Origin: an uncultured Bacteroidales bacterium
GTDB taxonomy: Bacteria > Bacteroidota > Bacteroidia > Bacteroidales > TTA-H9
Assembly: GCA_964444785.1 (NCBI GenBank)
Contig: CAYUII010000016.1
Location: 16,897 to 80,896 of the forward strand
Direction of reading: 5' to 3'
Length of the DNA: 64,000 nucleotides
The translations under genes were made by a program, and so were the position numbers. Shown here piece by piece: positions 43,851-52,700 of the stretch (its first letter is position 1; each line of letters starts with the position of its first letter). The notes under the pieces are model-generated. The model was not told where the DNA came from, searched no databases, and saw nothing but the letters and a program-made list of their open reading frames with translations.

Positions 43851-45167
43851 TTATTGTACATTTAGCAATTCAACATCAAATACCAAAGTAGAATATGGAG
43901 GAATTTTATCGCCTGAACCTTTAGCCCCATAGCCTAACCAACTTGGTATAATTAATCGAGCTTTCCCTCCAACTTTCATCATTGAAATCCCTTCTTCCCA
44001 TCCTTTAATTACACCACCGCCTAACGTAAACTCAAACGGCTGCCCCCTATCAATTGAACTATCAAACTTTGAACCATTCAGCAAATAACCTATATAGTGT
44101 ACCTTTACCTTACTGTTTTTAACCGGCCTAACACCCTTACCTTCTTTTACAGAAATAAAGTATAAACCTGATGCCGTAGGAGATACCTTGATATTTTCTT
44201 TAGCAACGAACTTAGCAAGATCTTCTTTTTCAGCTAATTTTCGTTTTTCAATCTTAGCTTCTTCAGCCGCTTTGACCTGTTCGGGAGTTTGTATATCAAC
44301 CAACTGTATTTGATACATCAAAGGAGAAAAAGGGGCTATAAAACCCTCTCTACCTTCTGCACCAAAAGCCAACTTACTTGGTACCACAATCGTTATTTTA
44401 CTTCCTTTTGTTAACATGGCGATTGCTTCTCCTACACCTTGGTTCTCAATTTTTTTCCCAAATTCAAAAGGCCTTGGTCCACCTTTCATTTTTGTATCAA
44501 ATAGAACTTTTCCGTCAGGAAGAGTCAATGACATATGCAACAAGATTTTATCTCCTACTTTGGGTGATGATCCTTTAACAATAGAGTCTTTGGAAATTAG
44601 CAGCCCTGAAGGGAGGGTATCAACTGTAAGATGGTGATCGGAAATAAGCTTTTGTATAAACATCGGCTCGCTCTGTTGGAGTTTCTTTCGCTCTTGTTCC
44701 ATCAATGAAATACGTTCCTGTTGAGTAAGAAGGTTTTTCAATCCAATAAGGACAGAGACCTTTGATTCAGGAGTAACTCCTTGAGGAGCATGCCTAAATT
44801 TCAAAGTATTTACAAAAAAATTGTTGGCATCGATAAGAAATTCTGCACTATCACCCTTACTCATCATACAAAGAGCTTCATTCAAATCTCCAGGATAAAG
44901 TGGTTTCCCTATTACAAGATACAAGGGTTTTCCCATTTTGGAAGATTCATAGACAACAGAATCACCTATTCGATAAGAAATGTTAACTTCAGCAATATAG
45001 TTTGGAGTGGCTTTAGTACCACTATTTTGAACATAAAACTTACTCAGAAGGCCCGATTCACTTTTCTTGAAATCTGTGTTTTGGTTGCAAGCTATGAGGA
45101 ATATAAGAAATGATAAGAGAAAGAGTTTTCTAGTTTTCATAATTATAGATTGTTTCTTAAAGATCAC
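43851..45167 (-). CDS. FKBP-type PPIase, one canonical C-terminal domain plus two divergent FKBP-like domains
   Basis: C-terminal VKVHYIGYLLNGSKFDSSIDRGQPFEFTLGGGVIKGWEEG. Upstream degenerate repeats. Likely start at the internal Met MKTRKLFLL (45140). Confidence 0.85.
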   Translation of the reverse strand: MIFKKQSIIMKTRKLFLLSFLIFLIACNQNTDFKKSESGLLSKFYVQNSGTKATPNYIAEVNISYRIGDSVVYESSKMGKPLYLVIGKPLYPGDLNEALCMMSKGDSAEFLIDANNFFVNTLKFRHAPQGVTPESKVSVLIGLKNLLTQQERISLMEQERKKLQQSEPMFIQKLISDHHLTVDTLPSGLLISKDSIVKGSSPKVGDKILLHMSLTLPDGKVLFDTKMKGGPRPFEFGKKIENQGVGEAIAMLTKGSKITIVVPSKLAFGAEGREGFIAPFSPLMYQIQLVDIQTPEQVKAAEEAKIEKRKLAEKEDLAKFVAKENIKVSPTASGLYFISVKEGKGVRPVKNSKVKVHYIGYLLNGSKFDSSIDRGQPFEFTLGGGVIKGWEEGISMMKVGGKARLIIPSWLGYGAKGSGDKIPPYSTLVFDVELLNVQ

Positions 45168-45245
45168 TGAGATTCCAAACGCTTTAAAAACAAAAACGTA
45201 TGATAAAGACTGTCAAAACAGCATTGTATTGCTTTAATAACAATA

Positions 45246-45276
45246 CTCCCCGACCATACAGAATATAGCCGGGGAG
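45246..45276 (-). terminator. Hairpin downstream of the 284-aa FKBP gene
   Basis: CTCCCCG / CGGGGAG 7-bp stem with a 17-nt loop, followed by a weak T-rich tract on the minus strand. Confidence 0.35.
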
Positions 45277-45299
45277 AATATCTTAAGCTAAACAGTTAC

Positions 45300-46154
45300 T
45301 TACTTGGTGATATCAACCAGCTCAACATCAAATACTAAGGTAGAGAATGCAGGGATAGGACCTTGTGCTCTCTCACCATAAGCCATTTTTGAGGGGATTA
45401 TTACCTTAGCTTTACCACCTTTACTCATCATTGAGATGGCTTCGTCCCAACCTTTAATAACTGCACCTGTGCCTAAAGCAAAAGAGATCGGCTCTTTCCT
45501 ATCATAAGATGAGTCAAACTTCTTACCATCAAGCAGTGTTCCGGTGTAATGAACGGAGACTTTCTGTCCTGTCATAGCTTTGGGTCCTTTACCTTTTTGA
45601 ACTTCGATAAAATAAATACCCGAAGCAGTAGGCTGTGCTGTAATATTGTTGGCTTTAAGATAAGCGTCAAGTTTAGTCATCTCTTCTTGTTCAAGCTTAG
45701 CATTTTCCTCTTGACGTTTTTTCATCAACTGTTCAAGTGACATAAAATCTTTCAATTTTACATTGAAGTAAAGAACAGATGAGCTATCAATAAATTTGGG
45801 TCTTGGTGCTCTAGCTATTTTCGTAAAGAAAGAATCAGCACTGATAATAAATGAAGCACTATCGCCTTTGTGCATCATAGCAAAACCTTCATAAATGTCG
45901 CCCTTAAACATAGGTTTCATAAGCTGAATCTGAATCACTCCATTTGCAGGCATTAAAGTAGAATCCTTAGTTCCGTATGACATTACGACATCAAGGATAT
46001 CATTCAAGCGTGGTTTAGCTGTATCTCCACTTTCAGAGATAAACTTATAATACAATCCTGAATCGGCTTCTTTATAGCCTGAATACTTGCTGCAAGAGGT
46101 AATCAGCATTGCGCCGATTAATAGAGCGGAGAAGAAAAAAGCAGTTTTTCTCAT
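45300..46154 (-). CDS. FKBP-type PPIase lipoprotein
   Basis: Lipobox LITSCS. C-terminal VSVHYTGTLLDGKKFDSSYDRKEPISFALGTGAVIKGWDEA. Confidence 0.9.
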   Translation of the reverse strand: MRKTAFFFSALLIGAMLITSCSKYSGYKEADSGLYYKFISESGDTAKPRLNDILDVVMSYGTKDSTLMPANGVIQIQLMKPMFKGDIYEGFAMMHKGDSASFIISADSFFTKIARAPRPKFIDSSSVLYFNVKLKDFMSLEQLMKKRQEENAKLEQEEMTKLDAYLKANNITAQPTASGIYFIEVQKGKGPKAMTGQKVSVHYTGTLLDGKKFDSSYDRKEPISFALGTGAVIKGWDEAISMMSKGGKAKVIIPSKMAYGERAQGPIPAFSTLVFDVELVDITK

Positions 46155-46185
46155 GTGAATAATTGGTTTAATGGAATTCGCTATA

Positions 46186-46743
46186 TTAATTAACTTTAAG
46201 TATTTCTATATCATAGACTAACACTGCTCTTGGGGGAATTCTGGATCCATCACCTGTTACTCCAAAAGCAAGGTGCGAAGGTAATATAATTTTTGCCTTA
46301 TCACCCACTCGTAGCATTAAAAATGCCTCGTAAAGCCCTGTTTCGATAGTTGTTTTATCCATGGTTATTTGCATGTTACCATCAATTGCAGAGTTTTCAA
46401 TCTTTCGCCCATCCAACAATTTTAAGTCATACGCAGCTTCTACCCTAGCTTTATTCTTGATTTGTTTGCCATTACCTTTCTTATAAACGTATACCCTAAG
46501 CCCAGATCCTGTACACTTTACTGGCCAATTGTACCGAGTCACATATTGATTAATCTGCTGATCTTCAATTGCTAATACTTGTCTGTTTAAATCTATGGCC
46601 GATTCTCTTTGCTCCCTTCTGTTTTCAGCCTTAACTTCAGAGTGAGAACTCTTTTCATTACAGGAAAAAAGAAGCACAAGAGAAACAAATACTAGTGCAC
46701 TCTTAAGTTCTGACTTAAATACTATTACTAAGAAACTTCTCAT
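46186..46743 (-). CDS. Small divergent FKBP-type PPIase lipoprotein (GldI-like size and architecture)
   Basis: Lipobox LLFSCN. Single divergent FKBP domain ending PPRAVLVYDIEILKV. Confidence 0.65.
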   Translation of the reverse strand: MRSFLVIVFKSELKSALVFVSLVLLFSCNEKSSHSEVKAENRREQRESAIDLNRQVLAIEDQQINQYVTRYNWPVKCTGSGLRVYVYKKGNGKQIKNKARVEAAYDLKLLDGRKIENSAIDGNMQITMDKTTIETGLYEAFLMLRVGDKAKIILPSHLAFGVTGDGSRIPPRAVLVYDIEILKVN

Positions 46744-47755
46744 ATACTTCTACAATTTTTCTAAATCTAAGAATAGTACCTCTAAGGCTTAAAAAACTAT
46801 TACCTCCGGCAGCATTCCTATGGCCACCTCCTTCAAAATGCCTTCTTGCCATGTCGTTCACAGAAAAATCTCCTTTCGAACGCAAGCTAATCCTTACGAC
46901 ATCTTTCTTCTCCGTGAAAAATGCAGCCAGTTTTATGCCTTCTATTGTCAATGCGTAATTAACGAAGCCTTCTGCATCTCCAGGACGATAATTAAATTTC
47001 TCCTGATCTGACAATGATAACCAAATATAGGCTGTGTTATATTCAGACATCACTACCATACGCTTACTTAAAAGATGGCCTAAAAGTCTTAATCGATCCT
47101 CACTTTGTGTACTATAAACTAGAACATTTACGCTTTGTACATCGAGTCCTTTTTCAACAAGAAATCCAGTAATATTGAATGGCCTAGAATGCTTACACGA
47201 ATAACTAAATGATCCAGTATCTGTCATTATCCCAACATATAAACACTTTGCAATGTCAAGATTTATTAACTCTTTATCACCTAATCCCTCAATCAAATCA
47301 AAAACCAATTCAGAAGTTGATGATGAATCGGTATAGGAAATACTCGAATCAAATGTTACATCAGGCTCTAAATGATGATCTATTAATAACACAGGCTTTC
47401 TAAAACCAACTAAATACTTTTCAAGCCTCTCAACTCTATGAAAAGCATTAAAATCTAAACAAATGACTAGATCTGCTTCTTTAAACAATTGTGCGCACTT
47501 TCTCTCGTCTTGCTCATAAATAACTATTCGATCGAGTCCCGGTAACCATTTTAGAAAGCCGGGAAATCGATTAGGAACAATTACATTTGTTGTTTTACCT
47601 CGCAAATTTAGGTAATGCCATAACCCTAAACTTGAACCAAGTGCATCTCCATCTGGATTGGTGTGACTAACTAAAATAATGTTTTGCGCCTGTTCAATAT
47701 ATTGTCTGAACTTTTCGAGAACCTCTTTAGGTATTGATTGAGTATAAAAAGCCAT
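46715..47755 (-). CDS. nrnA: DHH/DHHA1 phosphoesterase, NrnA-type oligoribonuclease/pAp phosphatase
   Basis: HTNPDGDALGS, IDHH and GGGHRNAAGG motifs. Confidence 0.85.
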   Translation of the reverse strand: MAFYTQSIPKEVLEKFRQYIEQAQNIILVSHTNPDGDALGSSLGLWHYLNLRGKTTNVIVPNRFPGFLKWLPGLDRIVIYEQDERKCAQLFKEADLVICLDFNAFHRVERLEKYLVGFRKPVLLIDHHLEPDVTFDSSISYTDSSSTSELVFDLIEGLGDKELINLDIAKCLYVGIMTDTGSFSYSCKHSRPFNITGFLVEKGLDVQSVNVLVYSTQSEDRLRLLGHLLSKRMVVMSEYNTAYIWLSLSDQEKFNYRPGDAEGFVNYALTIEGIKLAAFFTEKKDVVRISLRSKGDFSVNDMARRHFEGGGHRNAAGGNSFLSLRGTILRFRKIVEVYEKFLSNSI

Positions 47756-47776
47756 TACAGTGTAATAAATTCTTTA

Positions 47777-47784
47777 CAAAAATA
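47777..47784 (-). promoter_or_regulatory. -7 promoter motif TAttTTTG upstream of the nrnA/FKBP gene string
   Basis: Plus strand CAAAAATA, 22 nt upstream of the ATG (47755). Confidence 0.4.
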
Positions 47785-47996
47785 TGCAAATAAGATTGAT
47801 AATGAATCATGTCTGCAATTTGAATATGGTCTTTTATTAACTAATCGTGTAAGAATCAACATCTCTGGAAAACTAAAAATGCTAGTTTCCTTCACATAAG
47901 TGGATTAAACTCTTTTAAAGAGATTGTCTCTAACCTCTATCAATCTTAGAACAATCTAATTTCTTTGTTGTTACATTTAGAATAAAATTCAATCCA

Positions 47997-48416
47997 ATGG
48001 GAAAGTCAATTACATTTACAATGATTAAACCCCCTGCAGTAAATGACCAAAATTTTGGGTCAATACTATCTATGATTAAGGAGGCAGGTTTTCGCGTAAC
48101 ATCGCTAAAAATGATTCAACTAACAAATAATTCAGCATCAGCTTTCTACGCAGAACACATCGGAAAAAGCTTCTTTGAAGACCTTGTGAAATTTATGACC
48201 TCTGGGCCTGTTATTGCAGCAATCTTAGAAAAAGAAAATGCTGTAGCTGACTTTAGAAAACTTATTGGCTCAACTGACCCTGCAAAGGCCGAAGAGGGAA
48301 CTGTTAGGGCTCTATTCGGAAAATCCTTGCAATCAAATGCAATCCATGGTAGCGATTCGGATGAGAGTGCTGTTAGAGAATCAAATTTCTTCTTTAATCA
48401 TTTTGAACGATTCTAG
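47997..48416 (+). CDS. ndk: Nucleoside diphosphate kinase
   Basis: 139 aa. TFTMIKP, GSTDP and NAIHGSDS (active-site His) motifs. Confidence 0.95.
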   Translation: MGKSITFTMIKPPAVNDQNFGSILSMIKEAGFRVTSLKMIQLTNNSASAFYAEHIGKSFFEDLVKFMTSGPVIAAILEKENAVADFRKLIGSTDPAKAEEGTVRALFGKSLQSNAIHGSDSDESAVRESNFFFNHFERF

Positions 48417-48450
48417 TAGTTATTGCTCCCACTTCTTTAGCTTATAAATT

Positions 48451-48485
48451 GGGGCATCCTTTAACTGGATGCCCCTTCTTATTTT
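48451..48485 (+). terminator. Intrinsic terminator after ndk
   Basis: GGGGCATCC / GGATGCCCC stem followed by a T-rich tract. Confidence 0.75.
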
Positions 48486-48543
48486 AACTACTTAATCATA
48501 AATGATACTTCTGAATATAGATTGAACTTTCGTAAGAATTAAT

Positions 48544-48806
48544 TCTACCTCTTCGCTTCCTCTCCGTATCTTCTCCATTATTTCTTTTAATGAAAAATGG
48601 ATAAATGTGAAGAAGACTCGAAGTCATTCGAAGTAGCCATTAAACATAATTCTTTGTGACCTTCTATTTATAGCGCTAAAGTAATACCCATAAATTATTC
48701 TTATTCTTTAGTTTACAAATTTAATTATGTGTCATTCTCTTTTTCTAGAGATTCAACTATATAGAGAAGATAGGGAGAGCGAACGGAGAGGAAGCGAAGA
48801 GGTAGA
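48544..48806. mobile_element. MITE-like element with perfect 24-bp terminal inverted repeats (same repeat family)
   Basis: TCTACCTCTTCGCTTCCTCTCCGT (48544-48567) is the exact reverse complement of 48783-48806. Subterminal ATCTTCTCCAT/ATAGAGAAGAT similarity. 263 bp, non-coding, between convergent genes. Confidence 0.6.
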
Positions 48807-48833
48807 TGTAAAGATCTGATCAACAAGTTGAAG

Positions 48834-49376
48834 TTAGCCCTTTGGCGTTAGAACCTCAAATTTACCATTATCATAAACAAGGATAATTTTCTCAATACTT
48901 TCAATACTGGTTGTAGGTCTTTTAAAATTACCATCTTGGTTCTCCTCTTGTTTTGGACTGCTTGCAGCTCCATTCTTATCTAAGTTATCTGATGGAACGA
49001 AATTTTCAGGCTTAGAATTGTTTGCTTTAGGATCACTGGCATTATTAGGCTCAGTTGGTTTATAAGTTAAGTCAGAAAATAGATCAAGAGAAGAATTTCC
49101 AGGAGTAATTGTCTTACCCTCTAGGGTGTCTGTCTTTACCTGTTGCATAGAATCCTTTCTTAACATAACGTTTCTACCAAGCAATAGCCAATCTGGATTA
49201 ATATCAGGAAACTTCTCTAAAACCTTAATTGCAAAATCAAGTCCTGGCCGATTTCTGCCACTAAGAATGTGGGATAGTCCAGATCGCTGAATTCCTAATT
49301 TATCTGCTAATTGACTAGCGGATAAATTATACACTTCCATGATTTTTTCAATTCTGTTATTCATGTAATCTATCAT
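48834..49376 (-). CDS. XRE (Cro/CI)-family HTH transcriptional regulator
   Basis: N-terminal LSASQLADKLGIQRSGLSHILSGRNRP HTH, low-complexity linker, short C-terminal beta segment. Confidence 0.8.
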   Translation of the reverse strand: MIDYMNNRIEKIMEVYNLSASQLADKLGIQRSGLSHILSGRNRPGLDFAIKVLEKFPDINPDWLLLGRNVMLRKDSMQQVKTDTLEGKTITPGNSSLDLFSDLTYKPTEPNNASDPKANNSKPENFVPSDNLDKNGAASSPKQEENQDGNFKRPTTSIESIEKIILVYDNGKFEVLTPKG

Positions 49377-49392
49377 GTTACAGTACTAAACA
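49377..49392. repeat. Direct repeat copy 1, GTTACAGTACTAAACA
   Basis: 15 of 16 identical to 49447-49462 (GTTACACTACTAAACA). Both lie in the XRE/giant-gene control region. Confidence 0.6.
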
Positions 49393-49400
49393 CAAAAGTA
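49393..49400 (-). promoter_or_regulatory. -7 promoter motif TActTTTG of the XRE gene
   Basis: Plus strand CAAAAGTA, 17 nt upstream of the ATG (49376). It overlaps a GTAAAC...GTTTAC inverted repeat. Confidence 0.45.
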
Positions 49401-49413
49401 AACGAAATGTTGT

Positions 49414-49425
49414 TTACGTATGTAA
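49414..49425. promoter_or_regulatory. Operator-like palindrome TTAC-N4-GTAA, site 1
   Basis: TGTTTACgtatGTAATCA. Confidence 0.5.
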
Positions 49426-49446
49426 TCACGTCAAATATTCTTGATG

Positions 49447-49462
49447 GTTACACTACTAAACA
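49447..49462. repeat. Direct repeat copy 2, GTTACACTACTAAACA
   Basis: See 49377-49392. Confidence 0.6.
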
Positions 49463-49605
49463 ATAGAAGTATTAAATTAAATATATAATCGAACTAACCA
49501 TTGTAAAATATCTGGTTAATAACGAATAAGTACCAATATTATTCATTATCTGTATGTGGTTATTACTGTAAACTCTGTATCTCTAGTAAGGCACTCTATT
49601 TTTGT

Positions 49606-49617
49606 TTACAGATGTAA
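49606..49617. promoter_or_regulatory. Operator-like palindrome TTAC-N4-GTAA, site 2
   Basis: TGTTTACagatGTAATTA. The flanks are nearly identical to site 1. Confidence 0.5.
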
Positions 49618-49650
49618 TTAGTAATTCTTTTTGTTGGCCTACAATATTTG

Positions 49651-49662
49651 TTACATTTGTAA
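49651..49662. promoter_or_regulatory. Operator-like palindrome TTAC-N4-GTAA, site 3, overlapping the -7 motif TAcaTTTG (49652-49659) of the giant gene
   Basis: TTGTTACatttGTAAACA. The ATG of the 1555-aa gene is 68 nt downstream. Confidence 0.5.
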
Positions 49663-49726
49663 ACACACAATATATCCCAATTTTTCACGTTAAATTTGAT
49701 TGATTGATTCAGACTAACTAATAGAT

Positions 49727-52700
49727 ATGTATAATCTCAAAGCAACAATTATTCTTGGTGGAATATTTTTATTTACCTCATCTACCCTCTTATCCCAAAA
49801 TCCATCTGTAAGCTTTATCAAAGCAAAACGATTTGCTGATAGTGTTTATAAAAGAAATGAGCTAGACAATGCTCTTGCGGCTTATAAATACGCTCAGAGA
49901 CTAAACCAAAGTGATGCTACGGTTAAAGGGCTAATTGATCAAATTTCCGCAAAAATCAATGAAGCCAAAGGACAAAAATCTCAATCTCTACTCCTTTTCA
50001 AACAGGCTAAAGCGGCTATTCAAGATGGTAAAGATGGAGATGCTCTAACCCTCTTGAGTAATGCAAAGAAACTAGATCCTGAGAATAGTGAAATAGCTGA
50101 TTTATACCTTAATGTTGATAATCGAGTAAATAAAAACTTAAAACTAAAGGAAGAGTTTGATAAACTTGTATCTGATTCTAGAAATCAACTAGTTAATAGA
50201 TATTTTGTCGCTGCTTCTGATAACTGCAATCTAGCTCTTAAAATCTTCCCTAAGGAAGCTAGTGCAACCACCCTTTTAAAGAAAATACTAGAAGATAAGG
50301 AGACCGCCATGAAGGCCTACTCTGCCCTACTGGCTCAAGCTGAAAGCGAGTACTCTAAAGTTAACATAACTCAAGCCATCGAAAAATTAAAACAAGCAGC
50401 TAATTTAATGCCCGAGGAAAAATTCCCTGCCTCTCGTATTAAAGAACTTGAGACTGTTCTGGATTACCAAAATCAACTTGAACAAGTTTATAAGAATAGT
50501 ATTTCAGAGGCGGATAGGGCTTTAACCTCCGGGAATACAACTTTAGCCGTTAAAAAGTATCGTGAAGCAATTGATGCAAAACCTGACGAGTCTTATCCTA
50601 AGAATAAAATAAGAGAGATCGAATCAAGGCAGATGGCTGATCAACAAAAAAAGGAACTTTTTGCTCAGTCAATGCAGAAAGGAATTGCATTGTATGAAAA
50701 TAATGATTTTGAAAATGCTCGCGACAACTTCTCACAAGCTGCTTCTCTAAACCCTGTTGCTTTAGAACCTAAATCCTGGCTTTCAAAAGTAGATGATAAA
50801 CTAAAATTTGAAAAGAAAAAGCGCTTGGATTTTGAAAAAGAGATGAATCTAGCATATGACCAACTGAATAAAAGAGAATGGTCAAAGAGTAGAGATGCTT
50901 TTCAAAGAGCCAAAACAATACTTCCAGATACAAAAGAACCAATAATTGGTATTTCTAAATTAGATTCACTGATCTTAATCAATGATAAGGCATTCTCAAC
51001 TGCAATCAATTCAGCTGAAGAAGAATTAAAGCGCCAACATTACATTGAATCAATTGCCCTCTTTAAAGAAGCTTTGATCCTTAAGCCAGACCATAAAGAA
51101 CTTAACCTTCGTATAGCTGCCATTGAGGCTGAACTTAAAAAATCACAAAACATAATTGCTTCCTATGAAAAATCGATGAAGGAAGGTAATCTTTTGCTCA
51201 GCCAAAATAAACTTGCTGATGCAAGAGCCAAATTTGCCAAAGCCCTTGAGTTGATCCCAAATAATGAGTTGGCTATATCCAGAATTAATGAGATTGATCA
51301 AAAACTTATATCAATTGCGAACGAAAATGAGAAAGTTCTTCAGATTCTAAATAATGCGGAGGAAAACTTTTCTAAAGCACTTTATTCTGAAGCCTTAGCT
51401 CTTTTCAACGAAGCTCTTACCATCCAACCACAGAATCCAGCTATCAAGAGTAGAAGAGATGAAACGGAATTTCAGATTAACAAAATTCAAAACCTCAGTC
51501 TCTTCTATTCTAAAGCTATTGAAGCTGCTAATTTGGCCTATAGTAATAATGACCTTATAACAGCAAAAGCTAAGTACTCTGAAGCAAATAAGCTTAAGCC
51601 TCAAGAACCTCTTCCTATTCAAAAAATATCTGAGATTGACCAATTGCTGGCAAAGAATAAACAAATAGCTTCTACTATTGATCAGTTAGTGTCAGATGCT
51701 GAGAAATTTGTTAAATCTGAAAATTATCGAGACGCAATCAAACTATATGACCAAGCAATTACCCTTAAACCTGATCAGAAATCACTTTTAGATCGCAAAA
51801 ATGAACTTAACATTATTGCTGATCAGATTGATAAAAATAATACTGCTTACCAAAGTGCCATTGCCAATGGAGAGTCACAGTTTAAAGATAACAATCTCGT
51901 TTTAGCTCGCGCTTCTTTTGCGGAAGCAGCACTGATTAAACCTTCGGAGGCACTGCCAAAGCAACGCATTACTGAAATTGATAAACGTATATCTGACCAG
52001 AATCAGAAAGAAGCTCAGTTTAGTGGATACATGAAATCTTTGTCTGATAACTTGGCATCAAAAAACTACACTTCGGCTATCAAGTTTGCAGATCTTGCGC
52101 TTGCAATTAAAGCCAACCACCCTGAAGCCGTTAAGCTTAAAGCAAAAGCTGATAGCCTTAACAAATCAGATATTGCTTTAAATATTAGATATAAAGAGCT
52201 TGTCGATAGAGCAAATTCAGCCTTTAGTAGTCAAGACCTAACTGGTGCAAGAGCTTCATACGTTGAAGCTAGTCTACTAAAACCTTCAGAAAAAATGCCT
52301 GTAGAAAAAATAGCTGAAATTGATCGTCTGTTAGCTGCCGAATCTGAAATCAATCAAAAATACATTTCTGCTCTGCAATCGGCAGATGATGCCCTAAAAA
52401 ATCTTTTATATGACAATGCTCTTTTAGGTTACAAAACCGCTTTAGCCATTAAACCAACCGAAGCTTATCCGAAAGACCAGATAACTAAGGTCACTCAAAC
52501 CCTAGAAAACATAAAAAAGGCAGAATCACAATATCAAATGGCTATTCAAAATGGTGACCTAGCCTTTAAAGCTAGAACTTTTAAAGCAGCAATTGAGTTT
52601 TATCAATCTGCTTTGCAAGCTAAGCCAGATGCTACTTATCCAAACAAAATGATTGCAAAGATAGATTCTACTGAAAAAGCTGAGATAAAGATTCAAGCAG

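Noticed and set aside
48834-49376. XRE protein as the antitoxin of a toxin-antitoxin or phage-defence module
   Set aside because: There is no small partner ORF adjacent. The neighbours are a MITE-like element and a giant structural-looking gene. No phage, integrase or defence genes are nearby.
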